Origin: a virus
DNA: 64,000 nucleotides
IMG/VR virus record: IMGVR_UViG_3300027917_000038
Location: 1 to 64,000 of that record
Reading direction: 5' to 3' (one strand)
Shown here one piece after another: positions 10,926 to 20,749 of the stretch. Made by a program: the position numbers and the translations under genes. Numbering within the stretch: position 1 is the stretch's first letter; every line of letters starts with the position of its first letter. The notes under the pieces were generated by a model. It did not search any database. It had not been told where the DNA came from and worked only from the letters and a program-made list of their open reading frames with translations.

Positions 10926-11989
10926 TTGATATAGAATGGTTAAACAATTTTGGCCCTAATGGATATGGAATTTGTGGAAGAATGTATGTAGAAATATTAC
11001 ATAATATGGGATACAAAGTAAAGATTATACCATATCCTTTTATGGATGAAAATGATGTATTATTTCCACTAACAAAAACGGAAACAAAAGATCCATTAAA
11101 AGTAACACATGCGGTACCAACTATTCCAGCGGAATGTTTTTACACTGTGACAGAAGTTAAAAAACCACCTGATTTTATGTCATACCATTTACAAAACGCA
11201 AAAATGATAATGACTCAATCAAGGTTTTGCAAAAAATCATTTAGTAGAGTAACTAGTAAGGAAAAAATACATGTTATAAACTTTCCGTTCCTTAGAGGAT
11301 TATACACACCAGATGGCCCAAAACTTAAATTAAATATAGATGATGAATATACATTCAAATTTTTCACTGTTGCTAGGGTAGACGTAAGAAAAAACCTAGT
11401 GCCAATGATGAACGCGTTCAAAGAAGAATTTCACGGAGATCATGATGTTTGTCTAATAATGAAAATGGGAAGTGATAGATATTGTATTCCTAAAATGTTC
11501 TATGATAATAATTTACCAAAGAATATATTTTGGTTGAGAGATTTTGTTCCCGATGTGTCAATGCTTTATAGAACTATGAATGCCTATGTAACAACGGATT
11601 GTGGGGAAGGATGGGGAGCACCTACAACTGAAGCAATGCTTTGTGGATTACCTACAATAGCTCCTCGTCACAGCGGTCATTTGGATTATATGAATGAAGA
11701 TAACTCTTATTTAATAGATGTTGGAGATTGGGAATTCATAGGGGATAGACGAGATAACTTATATCCAGATATTCTTCCACCACAATTACAATGGAAAGCC
11801 CCAGTTTATGAAGACATAAAAAAGAAAATGAGAGAATGTTACGAACATTTTAAGGATATGACAAGAAAAGAAGTGTTAGAAGATCAAATGATTAAAAATT
11901 CTTTAGCAGTTCAAGAAATTGTTAGTGAAGATTTTGTTGGCAAACAATTGAAAAACGCACTAGATTGGTATGAAAATGAGTACGGATAA
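10922..11989 (+). CDS. GT4 family glycosyltransferase
   Basis: GYG N-terminus, RKN, EGWGAPTTEAMLCGLP. Confidence 0.88.
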   Translation: MIDIEWLNNFGPNGYGICGRMYVEILHNMGYKVKIIPYPFMDENDVLFPLTKTETKDPLKVTHAVPTIPAECFYTVTEVKKPPDFMSYHLQNAKMIMTQSRFCKKSFSRVTSKEKIHVINFPFLRGLYTPDGPKLKLNIDDEYTFKFFTVARVDVRKNLVPMMNAFKEEFHGDHDVCLIMKMGSDRYCIPKMFYDNNLPKNIFWLRDFVPDVSMLYRTMNAYVTTDCGEGWGAPTTEAMLCGLPTIAPRHSGHLDYMNEDNSYLIDVGDWEFIGDRRDNLYPDILPPQLQWKAPVYEDIKKKMRECYEHFKDMTRKEVLEDQMIKNSLAVQEIVSEDFVGKQLKNALDWYENEYG

Positions 11990-12111
11990 AAATTGGTATG
12001 AAACAAATGGAAATGTATTTGAAGATTTAAAAGCATTAAAAGAAAACTATATGGACGATGTGAATAATGGTAAATTTCCCATCAGTCCAGAATTATATAA
12101 TTATTTAATGG

Positions 12112-13128
12112 GTGAAGATTATGACAAGGCAAAAAATTACTTTATCAAAATTGCAAATAAAAGACGCCATGGAAAATGGAGGAAAAACCTTCAAAGAGCA
12201 AGCAGATTATTTAGGCGTTTGCGAAGACGTATATAGAAGAGAAAGAAATTTGTTAGAATTAAATGAAAAACATACAGAAGAAATGAAGTGTCTTACAGAA
12301 AGAGACCCAAAATTAGAAATTAATAAAAGACTTGATATAGAAAGTTTAAAGAAAAATTGTAAAAAAGTTTACGACAGATCGAGGAAAACTATAGGATATA
12401 ATGAAATAACAGTGGATCTTGGAGATGATGATGTTGGTGTTAAATTGGATTGCGACTGGCATATAGGAAACGAAATGACTGATTTAGTACAATGGTCAGA
12501 AGACATAGAATTTACAATTAAAACCCCTAGATTATTTACAGTTTTAAATGGAGATTATACTGATAACTTAGATGCTATAAGCAAAGGATATGAATCCATT
12601 ATTACAGTTCCAGAAGCTAAGCAAAAAGTTGCGAATGCAGTAACAATGATGGGAGATAAAATATTGGGTGTTATTCAAGGATGTCATGATGAATGGTTTT
12701 TTCAACAGGATTCATGGGATATTTCTCAATATTTAGCAGATCATTCTAAAGGATATTGGTTAGGATTTAGAGGAATTATAAACATTATATTAGGCGAACA
12801 AACATATAGGATATACGTTAGACATAAGTATAGAAGACATTCAACAGATAATTTATGTTGGGGAATGTTGTATAAATTCAGAAAACTTAAAGACCCAGTT
12901 GACATAATGATGAGTGGTCATCATCACGTACTTGATGTTAGAACTTCTTATGAACGAGGACAAAAGGTTTATATGTTAAGAGGAGCGTCTTATAAACCAT
13001 TTGATAGATTTACGGAACATAAAGATATAGAACCAACTCCTGCATTAATGCCAGCAGTTTTACTCAGATCTGATAAACATTTAATAGTTCCTTTTGCTGA
13101 CTTTAGGGATATAGAGGGTTATTTATAA
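12112..13128 (+). CDS. Calcineurin-like metallophosphoesterase with N-terminal HTH
   Basis: DWH, GDYTD, GCHD, RH, GHHH motifs. Confidence 0.8.
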   Translation: MKIMTRQKITLSKLQIKDAMENGGKTFKEQADYLGVCEDVYRRERNLLELNEKHTEEMKCLTERDPKLEINKRLDIESLKKNCKKVYDRSRKTIGYNEITVDLGDDDVGVKLDCDWHIGNEMTDLVQWSEDIEFTIKTPRLFTVLNGDYTDNLDAISKGYESIITVPEAKQKVANAVTMMGDKILGVIQGCHDEWFFQQDSWDISQYLADHSKGYWLGFRGIINIILGEQTYRIYVRHKYRRHSTDNLCWGMLYKFRKLKDPVDIMMSGHHHVLDVRTSYERGQKVYMLRGASYKPFDRFTEHKDIEPTPALMPAVLLRSDKHLIVPFADFRDIEGYL

Positions 13129-13132
13129 CTAC

Positions 13133-13149
13133 TTTTTTTATTTTTTTTT
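13133..13149 (+). terminator. Oligo-T terminator
   Basis: T7-A-T9 immediately after the stop codon. Confidence 0.6.
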
Positions 13150-13194
13150 AATTTTGAAAATCTACTTTATAAAAGAAAAAAACATTATAACAGT

Positions 13195-13464
13195 ATGATT
13201 TATGAAATTGGAAAAATGCGGAGAGAAGAAGTTCTTGAATTTAAACAATTAATCACGAGATATAAGAACTTCGATAAGTTGGATATATTGATTGATTTGA
13301 CTCTCCAGAAACTTGGAGTTTCTCGTGGCGATTTTGAATGCAGAGAAGTAAAACAAGAAAAGAAGAATGAAGAATTAGTAGTACAAACTGAAGCAGATCA
13401 ATATAATAAGTTTTGTGACGGAGACAAGTGTGAGCTTCCTATTTTTCAAAATTCAAGATGTTGA
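13195..13464 (+). CDS. Small protein with NrdJ-like C-terminal Cys pair
   Basis: KFCDGDKCEL; own TTTATAAA box upstream. Confidence 0.5.
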   Translation: MIYEIGKMRREEVLEFKQLITRYKNFDKLDILIDLTLQKLGVSRGDFECREVKQEKKNEELVVQTEADQYNKFCDGDKCELPIFQNSRC

Positions 13465-13631
13465 TCCCGTTCATTTTGAATTTTCTATATGAGAAGAGAT
13501 TCTCATCTCATCACAAAATATAGTTTGGGAATGAAAAATTTAGAATTTTTATTTAATCTATCTTTTTTATTAAAAAGATCATATTCGGTGTCGTAAAAAA
13601 TATATATTTATTCTCTTATTCTGTGATAGTT

Positions 13632-14171
13632 TCAGAGATATTCATACCACCAAAATTTACCTATATTTTTTACTAGGCAATTGTGTCGTTTTGCAAATTT
13701 GTCAACTTCTTCTATTACGGCACTATGCCCAACGTGTGTGTAATCATCACCACAAATATATTTCCCAACAAAATACCAAGCATTTAAATCTTTTCTAACA
13801 CTTTCCTTTTTATGGTTTGCGTCTATATAAACCAAATCAACTTTTATACCTAATTTTTTAAATGCTTCTCCAACTTCCCAAGAAACTCCTTTTATGGGAA
13901 TAATCTTATGTTTTTTATTTTTTAAGTGAGAAGAGATGTTTAGGAAAAATTGTTTTTCTGGATTTGCACATCTATTTAGTGAAAAATTCCATGTGTCAAT
14001 AGTAAACACATAATCCACATTTGGATGCGACGCTATTAAACATGCAGTATAACCAACAAAAGTACCAACTTCTACAACACTCTTAACTAATCCAGTATTT
14101 AATATTTTTTTCCAAATTTTGTCGTGATGTGAAAAAGATTTTCCCTTACACCAATTAATCATGTTCGGCAT
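13632..14171 (-). CDS. Class I SAM methyltransferase (Methyltransf_24-like)
   Basis: VEVGTFVG, TIDTW, DLVYIDANH, GDDY. Confidence 0.85.
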   Translation of the reverse strand: MPNMINWCKGKSFSHHDKIWKKILNTGLVKSVVEVGTFVGYTACLIASHPNVDYVFTIDTWNFSLNRCANPEKQFFLNISSHLKNKKHKIIPIKGVSWEVGEAFKKLGIKVDLVYIDANHKKESVRKDLNAWYFVGKYICGDDYTHVGHSAVIEEVDKFAKRHNCLVKNIGKFWWYEYL

Positions 14172-14853
14172 TTTTATTATCTGATTTGCTCCATTTTCCT
14201 AATATAACATTTGCTTTAAAACAATGTTGACATGCCTTCCAAACTGGTAGTTTTTTCCACCATTGCTCCCAATTTGCTGACATTTGAACATGTACTGAAC
14301 TTAAATTATATTCACGCTCAATTCCTTCAGAAAGACAACATCTATACAATTTAGTTCCAATTATTCTTACTTGGTGAAAACATCTCTTCTCAACAGTTTT
14401 GGCGACATCTGGTGTTAGATTTGGGTCGTTATTTATATCCCACCAACCTCCCCATCCAGATATAGAAACGTGTGGTTTTCCTCTATATTTTTTTATTATT
14501 TTATCATTAAATTTAGGATATTCTGATATTCTCCAAACAAATTTATTAAAAATATTTTCTGGTACTTTATCAAGATAACTACCATTTGTTGAAACAACAC
14601 ATTTAGCTTTTGGAAACTTATTTTTTATTTTCAATAAAACTTTAGTATAATAAGGATGTAGAAGAGGTTCTCCTCCAATTATCAAAACCTTCTTTACATT
14701 TTTAATATATTCTTTACTAAAACAAGATAATACATAATCAAGTGATTCTGGTTCTATATAAGTAAAAGAACTAGTTTTTATTCTGTGACTACACATGTCA
14801 CATTGTTTATTACATAAATGAGTTATTTCAAATTCTGGGCTATTAAATGGCAT
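14155..14853 (-). CDS. Radical SAM protein
   Basis: CNKQCDMC, GGEP, STNG; C-terminal Cys (SPASM/twitch-like). Confidence 0.85.
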   Translation of the reverse strand: MPFNSPEFEITHLCNKQCDMCSHRIKTSSFTYIEPESLDYVLSCFSKEYIKNVKKVLIIGGEPLLHPYYTKVLLKIKNKFPKAKCVVSTNGSYLDKVPENIFNKFVWRISEYPKFNDKIIKKYRGKPHVSISGWGGWWDINNDPNLTPDVAKTVEKRCFHQVRIIGTKLYRCCLSEGIEREYNLSSVHVQMSANWEQWWKKLPVWKACQHCFKANVILGKWSKSDNKNAEHD

Positions 14854-15588
14854 TTAAACATCCATAATTGTTTTTTTAAATTCTTTAGTTACATTGGCTT
14901 TAGCTTGTCTACTTTTCTTACTTCTGAACATATCAACACCAAAATGTTCTAATTTCTTTCTTCTAGTCTTTATAGGAACTACATATCTTTTTACATTGTT
15001 TTTCGCTAACATATAATTAAACCAAAATTCATCATCATAAGGAACTCCCCATCTTCTATATTGTTCCCATTGAAAAATTTCATCAGTAAAATATTTTGGT
15101 TTAATTAAACAACCATATCCAGTAGAGATTATGTCACATCTTGTTGGTTTTGTGATTGTATCTCCATGAAACCATTTCTTATCCCAATTATATGGATCTG
15201 AATTTCTATAAAGATTACCTGCTCCTGAAATAACACCATCTATATTTTTTTCCCATTTTAATATATCTTTTATGAAATCTCTATAATATACATGGTCATC
15301 GTCAGTAAGAAGAATCTTCTGATTCTTTTTATTCCAATACATTTTTAGAGCTGGTAGAAATTTCCTTAATGCTCCAGTATTTTCTACAAAAAATACATTG
15401 CTTCTTTTACATTTTATATCAGGTTTATAATTAAATCCATCATCAAGATAAAAATTTTTTTTGCTTATAAAAATTAAAATTTTTTTTGGTAATACTGATT
15501 GTTTAGTCCAAGAACGAATTATTTTTCCAATATTAGGTTCTCTTGCTTTTATTAATGCTAATGAAACTATAACTCCTCTTTCACCCAT
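14854..15588 (-). CDS. GT-A fold glycosyltransferase
   Basis: KFLPAL, TDDDHVY, TGYG, DDEFW. Confidence 0.7.
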   Translation of the reverse strand: MGERGVIVSLALIKAREPNIGKIIRSWTKQSVLPKKILIFISKKNFYLDDGFNYKPDIKCKRSNVFFVENTGALRKFLPALKMYWNKKNQKILLTDDDHVYYRDFIKDILKWEKNIDGVISGAGNLYRNSDPYNWDKKWFHGDTITKPTRCDIISTGYGCLIKPKYFTDEIFQWEQYRRWGVPYDDEFWFNYMLAKNNVKRYVVPIKTRRKKLEHFGVDMFRSKKSRQAKANVTKEFKKTIMDV

Positions 15589-16583
15589 TTGATTAATTTT
15601 CTAACACCTTCATTTGGTTCTATTTTAGGTTCCCAACATAACACATTTTTTGGAAAATCAATATCTGAAATATATTTTTGTTGATCTGCTGGTCTTGGTT
15701 TATGAAAACTTAGAAGAATTGGTTTATCAAGTTCCTCTGAAAGAAAATTAATCAATTCGAGCAAAGACATTGTGAAATTTTCTCCACCTCCCATATTAAA
15801 AACAAGTGGAGTTAATGAATCATCCATCATTATATAATTATAATACGCTTCTACTAAATCAGTTACATACAATAAATCTCTCACTTGGTTACCATCACCA
15901 AAAATATTTATTGTTTTATCTTTTAATGCTGAATTTACAAAATGAGAAACCCATCCCTGATCTTCAATTCCGTGTTGATGTGTACCATAAATACATGACA
16001 TTCTAAATATAGCAACTTTCAAACCATAAGAATACGCATATTCTTGACAATACAAGTCGGCACATAATTTTGAAACCCCGTAAGGACTGTGATGAGTATG
16101 ATCAATTCTAGTGTTTTCTCCTACAATATAAAGATCAGGATGAAGATCCCAATTTCCACATTTGTTTGAATATTTTCTTAGAAAATCTCCGTATACTTTA
16201 TTTGTAGAGGCAAAAATTATTTTTGGGTCATATTTTGTTATAGTTCTTACAGCTTCTAAAATATTAAAAGTTCCTATAACATTTGTTTCAAAATCATGTT
16301 CTGGATATCTCATTGATGTAGTTACGGCTGTTTGTGCCGCAAGATGAATTATTGCTTCTGGTTTATAATGATTTATTATTGTATCCATTTGCATTGACTT
16401 ATAAACATCAGTTTTATGAAATTCTATTTTTTCTCCATACTTTTCCTGTAAAATTTTTAAGTTGTTTTCTGCTCCCTGTCTTGATAAATCATCAACTATT
16501 ATTACTTCCCATCCTTCTTTTATGAATTTTTTAGTGGTATGATAACCAATAAAACCTGCTCCACCAGTTATTAAAACTTTCAT
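15567..16583 (-). CDS. NAD-dependent sugar epimerase, CDP-paratose 2-epimerase (RfbE)-like
   Basis: TGGAGFIG, HLAAQTAVTTS, STNKVYG, SPYGVSK, EDQGWV. Confidence 0.85.
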   Translation of the reverse strand: MKVLITGGAGFIGYHTTKKFIKEGWEVIIVDDLSRQGAENNLKILQEKYGEKIEFHKTDVYKSMQMDTIINHYKPEAIIHLAAQTAVTTSMRYPEHDFETNVIGTFNILEAVRTITKYDPKIIFASTNKVYGDFLRKYSNKCGNWDLHPDLYIVGENTRIDHTHHSPYGVSKLCADLYCQEYAYSYGLKVAIFRMSCIYGTHQHGIEDQGWVSHFVNSALKDKTINIFGDGNQVRDLLYVTDLVEAYYNYIMMDDSLTPLVFNMGGGENFTMSLLELINFLSEELDKPILLSFHKPRPADQQKYISDIDFPKNVLCWEPKIEPNEGVRKLIKWVKEEL

Positions 16584-17134
16584 TTCTTTTTTCTCCTATT
16601 ATGTGAATGAGGAAATTTTTCTCTCAATGTTTCTTTTCCTAAAAATGGACATAATTTATTATATCCATCTCTCTTAAAAACATTCATAATTAAAATATCT
16701 TCAGGTCTATCTTTAAAATATTTTAAAACTTTATCGTGATAATCTAAAAATCCTTTCTTATAACTTCTTCTATCAAAATATTCATTTCCATATAAAGTTT
16801 CTCTTATAAAAATTTGTTGATTTGATAATTTTGGTTGTTTAGTTCTTGAAAAAAACCATTTTGCAGAACTCAACCATTCTGTTAAATCTCTTGTTGTTAA
16901 AATAAATTTTGAATTTGGATACATTTCATCTAATGCAACGTAATTAATACAAACAGGTGTATCCGTTATGGCATCATAAATTTCTACTAAATAATAAAAA
17001 TGTTTAAGATTTGGGTAGTGTATTGTTTTATATCCTAATCTTTTTAAAGCGTTAGTAAGAGAAAGTGTGCCAGTTCTTGATAAACCAATACCAAAAATTT
17101 TATTAATATCCTTCAAAATGATATTCGCCTCCAT
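16580..17134 (-). CDS. Sulfotransferase family protein
   Basis: GIGLSRTGT, YPNSKFILTTR...WLSS, LCPFLG...FPHSH. Confidence 0.85.
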   Translation of the reverse strand: MEANIILKDINKIFGIGLSRTGTLSLTNALKRLGYKTIHYPNLKHFYYLVEIYDAITDTPVCINYVALDEMYPNSKFILTTRDLTEWLSSAKWFFSRTKQPKLSNQQIFIRETLYGNEYFDRRSYKKGFLDYHDKVLKYFKDRPEDILIMNVFKRDGYNKLCPFLGKETLREKFPHSHNRRKKK

Positions 17135-18173
17135 TTAATATTATTTCGGTTGCTTCGTTCAATCTTTTAGAAAATAATTTTGGGTTTGCTACTTTTGCGG
17201 CTCTTTCTTGGTATTTTTTTACAAGATTAATATCCCATTTTTCTATTTTATCTAAGCAAAATTCAAAAGCATCTTTCATTTTATAATTAGATGTGTCTAT
17301 TATCATATCAGGAAACAATTGATACATTGCTCCATAACAATGAGGGCCAATACAAACACATCCATTGAAAAGAGCCTCGTAAATAACTCTTCCATAAGTC
17401 CAACGAAAACACAAATCAACCATAATTTTTGATTTCTTAGCAAGATTGTGAAATTTTTTCTGTCCTTCTGGATTCTTATTATTCAATGTAGTTTTATAAG
17501 GAAGTTTATCGTGATACATTTGTGCTATTGGGCTTTTTAAAAGAATTGCGTGAACATTATATCCTTGTTTATGTAATTTTCTTCCAATTTCTAATGTTTT
17601 AGTATAATTATAATAAAGCCTATTATCCATCATTAAGAGAAAATCAATAGATTTATTCTCATTAATAGGCTCTTCATATTTCTTATCATAAAGAGTAAGA
17701 GGAACTTTATTTGTGTGTCCCCAAAACATATTATAATCCATTGGTAATTCCCAAAGGAAATTTTTACAATTATCGTACATCATTCTATAATGAGCAAATA
17801 AAGGTCTTGCTGGATTATGATCATAATGTGTCATATCAGTTGCGCCAGTTCCACATGCAAATTTTAACCAGCAAATTCTGGCATTTGCCAATACTTTTCT
17901 ATAATAGTGCTTATATTCATTAACAGAACGATCTGCCATGTGAAAAATTACATTTTTTTCCTTCCAGAAATCCATGTTCTTTCTTCTTGCTTGGTCGAAA
18001 GTAATTCTATCAGAGGGAACAGATTCTGGAAATATATTCGAAGGAAAAAATGTATCAGGAACAGCACCTTTTATAAAAGTAACTGTTATCCAATCTTTGT
18101 TATATTCTTGTTTTTTTCTTTTTTGTTTATTAGAAGGTCGCTGTTGACGCTTCTTTTTGGGCGGCACAACCAA
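17103..18173 (-). CDS. Putative GT-B glycosyltransferase
   Basis: TYGRVIYEALFNG resembles the GT-B donor-binding motif; cluster context. Confidence 0.5.
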   Translation of the reverse strand: MVVPPKKKRQQRPSNKQKRKKQEYNKDWITVTFIKGAVPDTFFPSNIFPESVPSDRITFDQARRKNMDFWKEKNVIFHMADRSVNEYKHYYRKVLANARICWLKFACGTGATDMTHYDHNPARPLFAHYRMMYDNCKNFLWELPMDYNMFWGHTNKVPLTLYDKKYEEPINENKSIDFLLMMDNRLYYNYTKTLEIGRKLHKQGYNVHAILLKSPIAQMYHDKLPYKTTLNNKNPEGQKKFHNLAKKSKIMVDLCFRWTYGRVIYEALFNGCVCIGPHCYGAMYQLFPDMIIDTSNYKMKDAFEFCLDKIEKWDINLVKKYQERAAKVANPKLFSKRLNEATEIILNGGEYHFEGY

Positions 18174-18174
18174 A

Positions 18175-18552
18175 TCAATCTCCGTTTAAGATATGACTGT
18201 CATTATTTATCTTTTTATTTATTGCTGCTTTTACAGAATCCCTTAATTCTTGATTTTCTCTAATGACATCAACAATTAATTTAGTTTCCGGCATGTTGTA
18301 TCCGTTTCCATTTGTTGCCTTTCCAAAAATACTAAATACAATAACGTTTGTCACAACTTGAATGGCAAATAAAATCATTACTATTGTCATTCCAAGTGAG
18401 TTTCCCATTGAGTAAGCCGCTTCCATACAAAATCCTAAAACTGCACCAATAATCATGTTAATTCCTGTTCCACACGCTATTGATATTTTCTTATAGTTTG
18501 TTTTTATATTATCTGCCCAAAATTTCATAAACAATTCTCTTATTTTACCCAT
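18175..18552 (-). CDS. Two-TM membrane protein (holin-like)
   Basis: Two hydrophobic helices; lies at the end of the tail module. Confidence 0.4.
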   Translation of the reverse strand: MGKIRELFMKFWADNIKTNYKKISIACGTGINMIIGAVLGFCMEAAYSMGNSLGMTIVMILFAIQVVTNVIVFSIFGKATNGNGYNMPETKLIVDVIRENQELRDSVKAAINKKINNDSHILNGD

Positions 18553-18564
18553 TTTTTAAATCAC

Positions 18565-19761
18565 CTATGCTATATTATTAAGACCTGTGTCGAATGTATT
18601 AGTTCCACTATCATTATAATTATACAAATTACCCAAACAAGTATTTATACCAACAGTATTATTATTACAATTACTATTCTCTATGCTAATTCCGTATGAA
18701 TAATTATAATTAAAACAGCCGTTTCCACAAATTGTGTTGTAACTACAATTATCCCATAAGACTATTCCGAATCCTGTACAAAGATAACAATTATTATTAT
18801 TAATAATATTATAATCAGAATCCTCTAAATATATTCCGTAAGAAGCAATAGAGCAAATGTTTCCAGATACAACACAATAAGAACAATTATATAAACGAAT
18901 ATTATCATAAGAAACTTTACCCAATACAATATTCTCACTGATAATAAATTTAGTATTTCCATATAGAAAAATACAATTGTTCGATTCATATATAGTATTG
19001 CCTTTAATAATAACATTATCAACACCATTATCAGAAATTATACTGTATGTATCGTTAGATAATATATAATTGTTCATAATAATATGATTGTCGTCTTTTA
19101 TATGTATTCCGGAATTACAACCTTCTATATGGCAATTAATTAATTCACAGTTTTTACTATTTAATTCTATTCCAACTCCATGACTTCCGTCTCCAACAAT
19201 AGTAACGTTATCAATTTTAACTTTATTGTCAGAAGTCTCATTAACATTAATTATTTCTTCAAGTGTATTAGTTAGTGATGTAGCATCTATTTTAAAATTT
19301 CTTAACACACAACCTGTAGTGTTTGCTATGGAAAAAGTTGACCTATTTCCATTACAATCAAAAATAGTTCCATTTCCTGATCCTTCTATTATATAACTTC
19401 CACCTTGATCAACACTAATAGTGTTTGTCAAAGTAAATGTGCCAGATTTTAGAATAATAATTCCTGCGCCTGCACCTATAGTATCAATAGCTGTTTGTAA
19501 TTCTGCTGGAGTAGAAACTAACCAAACATCCTCATCAATAGATTTTAAATTGTTTATACTATTAGAATTTAAATCTAAATCCAAGTCCATAGAACCATAA
19601 TGTAAATGATCTTTAACCCAATTTCTAATAGCTTTTTGAAGACCTGGACTTCCGTCTCCAACATTATCAACATTTTGAAGTAATCTTGGGTCGAATCTAC
19701 CAGGAAATCTTGTACCAACAAAACTTTCAAAATCTCTTTCATACTGATCTGTCGTCATCAA
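18565..19761 (-). CDS. Parallel beta-helix (NosD/pectin-lyase-like) tail fibre/spike
   Basis: LQTAID, repeated GIxL and IxxNxI Asn ladders. Confidence 0.75.
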   Translation of the reverse strand: MMTTDQYERDFESFVGTRFPGRFDPRLLQNVDNVGDGSPGLQKAIRNWVKDHLHYGSMDLDLDLNSNSINNLKSIDEDVWLVSTPAELQTAIDTIGAGAGIIILKSGTFTLTNTISVDQGGSYIIEGSGNGTIFDCNGNRSTFSIANTTGCVLRNFKIDATSLTNTLEEIINVNETSDNKVKIDNVTIVGDGSHGVGIELNSKNCELINCHIEGCNSGIHIKDDNHIIMNNYILSNDTYSIISDNGVDNVIIKGNTIYESNNCIFLYGNTKFIISENIVLGKVSYDNIRLYNCSYCVVSGNICSIASYGIYLEDSDYNIINNNNCYLCTGFGIVLWDNCSYNTICGNGCFNYNYSYGISIENSNCNNNTVGINTCLGNLYNYNDSGTNTFDTGLNNIA

Positions 19762-19984
19762 TATCTCCTTTTATTTTATCTTTTATCAATTTCTCCATTT
19801 CTTCTAAATATTTCCTTATTTCATTATTTTTACTTTTTTCGTTTTCGATTTCTTTTCTTAAATCTTTCATGTGTTTATGTGCCAAATATCCTTTATATGC
19901 TCTTTCCGCTTTTGCTTTTGAATCATAGATACATTTTCCGCTTCCAATTCTATACTTACCATTAGGACATTTATGAACAGGCAT
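19739..19984 (-). CDS. Small hypothetical protein
   Basis: MPVHKCPNGKYRIGSG; coupled to both neighbours. Confidence 0.55.
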   Translation of the reverse strand: MPVHKCPNGKYRIGSGKCIYDSKAKAERAYKGYLAHKHMKDLRKEIENEKSKNNEIRKYLEEMEKLIKDKIKGDIDDDRSV

Positions 19985-20094
19985 TATCTTCTTCTCCGTC
20001 TATTTCTATTTCTTGGAGGATTACACCCTCCCCTACCTCTATTAAGTCGTCTTCCACGACCGCTTCCATCTCTTTTAGGTCTACTTCTTACCAT
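19984..20094 (-). CDS. 36-aa Arg/Gly-rich microprotein (not in ORF track)
   Basis: MVRSRPKRDGSGRGRRLNRGRGGCNPPRNRNRRRRR; fills the gap exactly, with TAATG coupling. Confidence 0.7.
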   Translation of the reverse strand: MVRSRPKRDGSGRGRRLNRGRGGCNPPRNRNRRRRR

Positions 20095-20095
20095 T

Positions 20096-20749
20096 TTATA
20101 TCTCACCAAATTTCCATCTAATTTCTATATCATCATTAGCAATAAGAGGATCATCTGTATAGACACCAGTCACACCACAAACTCCACTTCCCCATAATGA
20201 CGATCTACATAACATAGCACTGGGTTTTTCTGTTTCTATAAGTGATGGATCTGCTGTTGGGCCAGTTGATTTTAAAAACAACCCAAATTCTCTTATTTCT
20301 GTTCCACTTGGAATATCAGCAGGAACATTAAATCTTCCGATAAATTCAACAGTTTGATCAACACGTCTTGCTGTTAACACAACTCTACTTCCAACTTCAT
20401 TTGATAAATTAGAATCTTCTGGACTAACTAAAATAGTAGAACCAATTGGATAATTACAAATTTGACCAGAGGGAATTCCTTGAGTTCCTACTGCTCTTTC
20501 GCTTGATGAGTTATTAAACATACAAGTTCCAGCTCCTCCATATCGCTTAAATGTTAATAAACCAACCGCTCCACTCCCAGCTGCACCTAAATTATGCCAA
20601 GATTTTATTCCAGCAAAACCATCTAATATATATTCCTTTCCATCATCTACTAAGAGATTTGGATGTTTTCTGTGTTCATATCTTTCTCCATTTTTTTTTA
20701 TCTTATTACTAGTTACCAATCCTTTAAATTTCATTTTAACATACTCCAC
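20096..20749 (-). CDS. Baseplate/tail-fibre attachment protein
   Basis: NLLVDDG, IREFGLF pattern of tail-fibre N-terminal domains; gene order. Confidence 0.55.
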   Translation of the reverse strand: MEYVKMKFKGLVTSNKIKKNGERYEHRKHPNLLVDDGKEYILDGFAGIKSWHNLGAAGSGAVGLLTFKRYGGAGTCMFNNSSSERAVGTQGIPSGQICNYPIGSTILVSPEDSNLSNEVGSRVVLTARRVDQTVEFIGRFNVPADIPSGTEIREFGLFLKSTGPTADPSLIETEKPSAMLCRSSLWGSGVCGVTGVYTDDPLIANDDIEIRWKFGEI

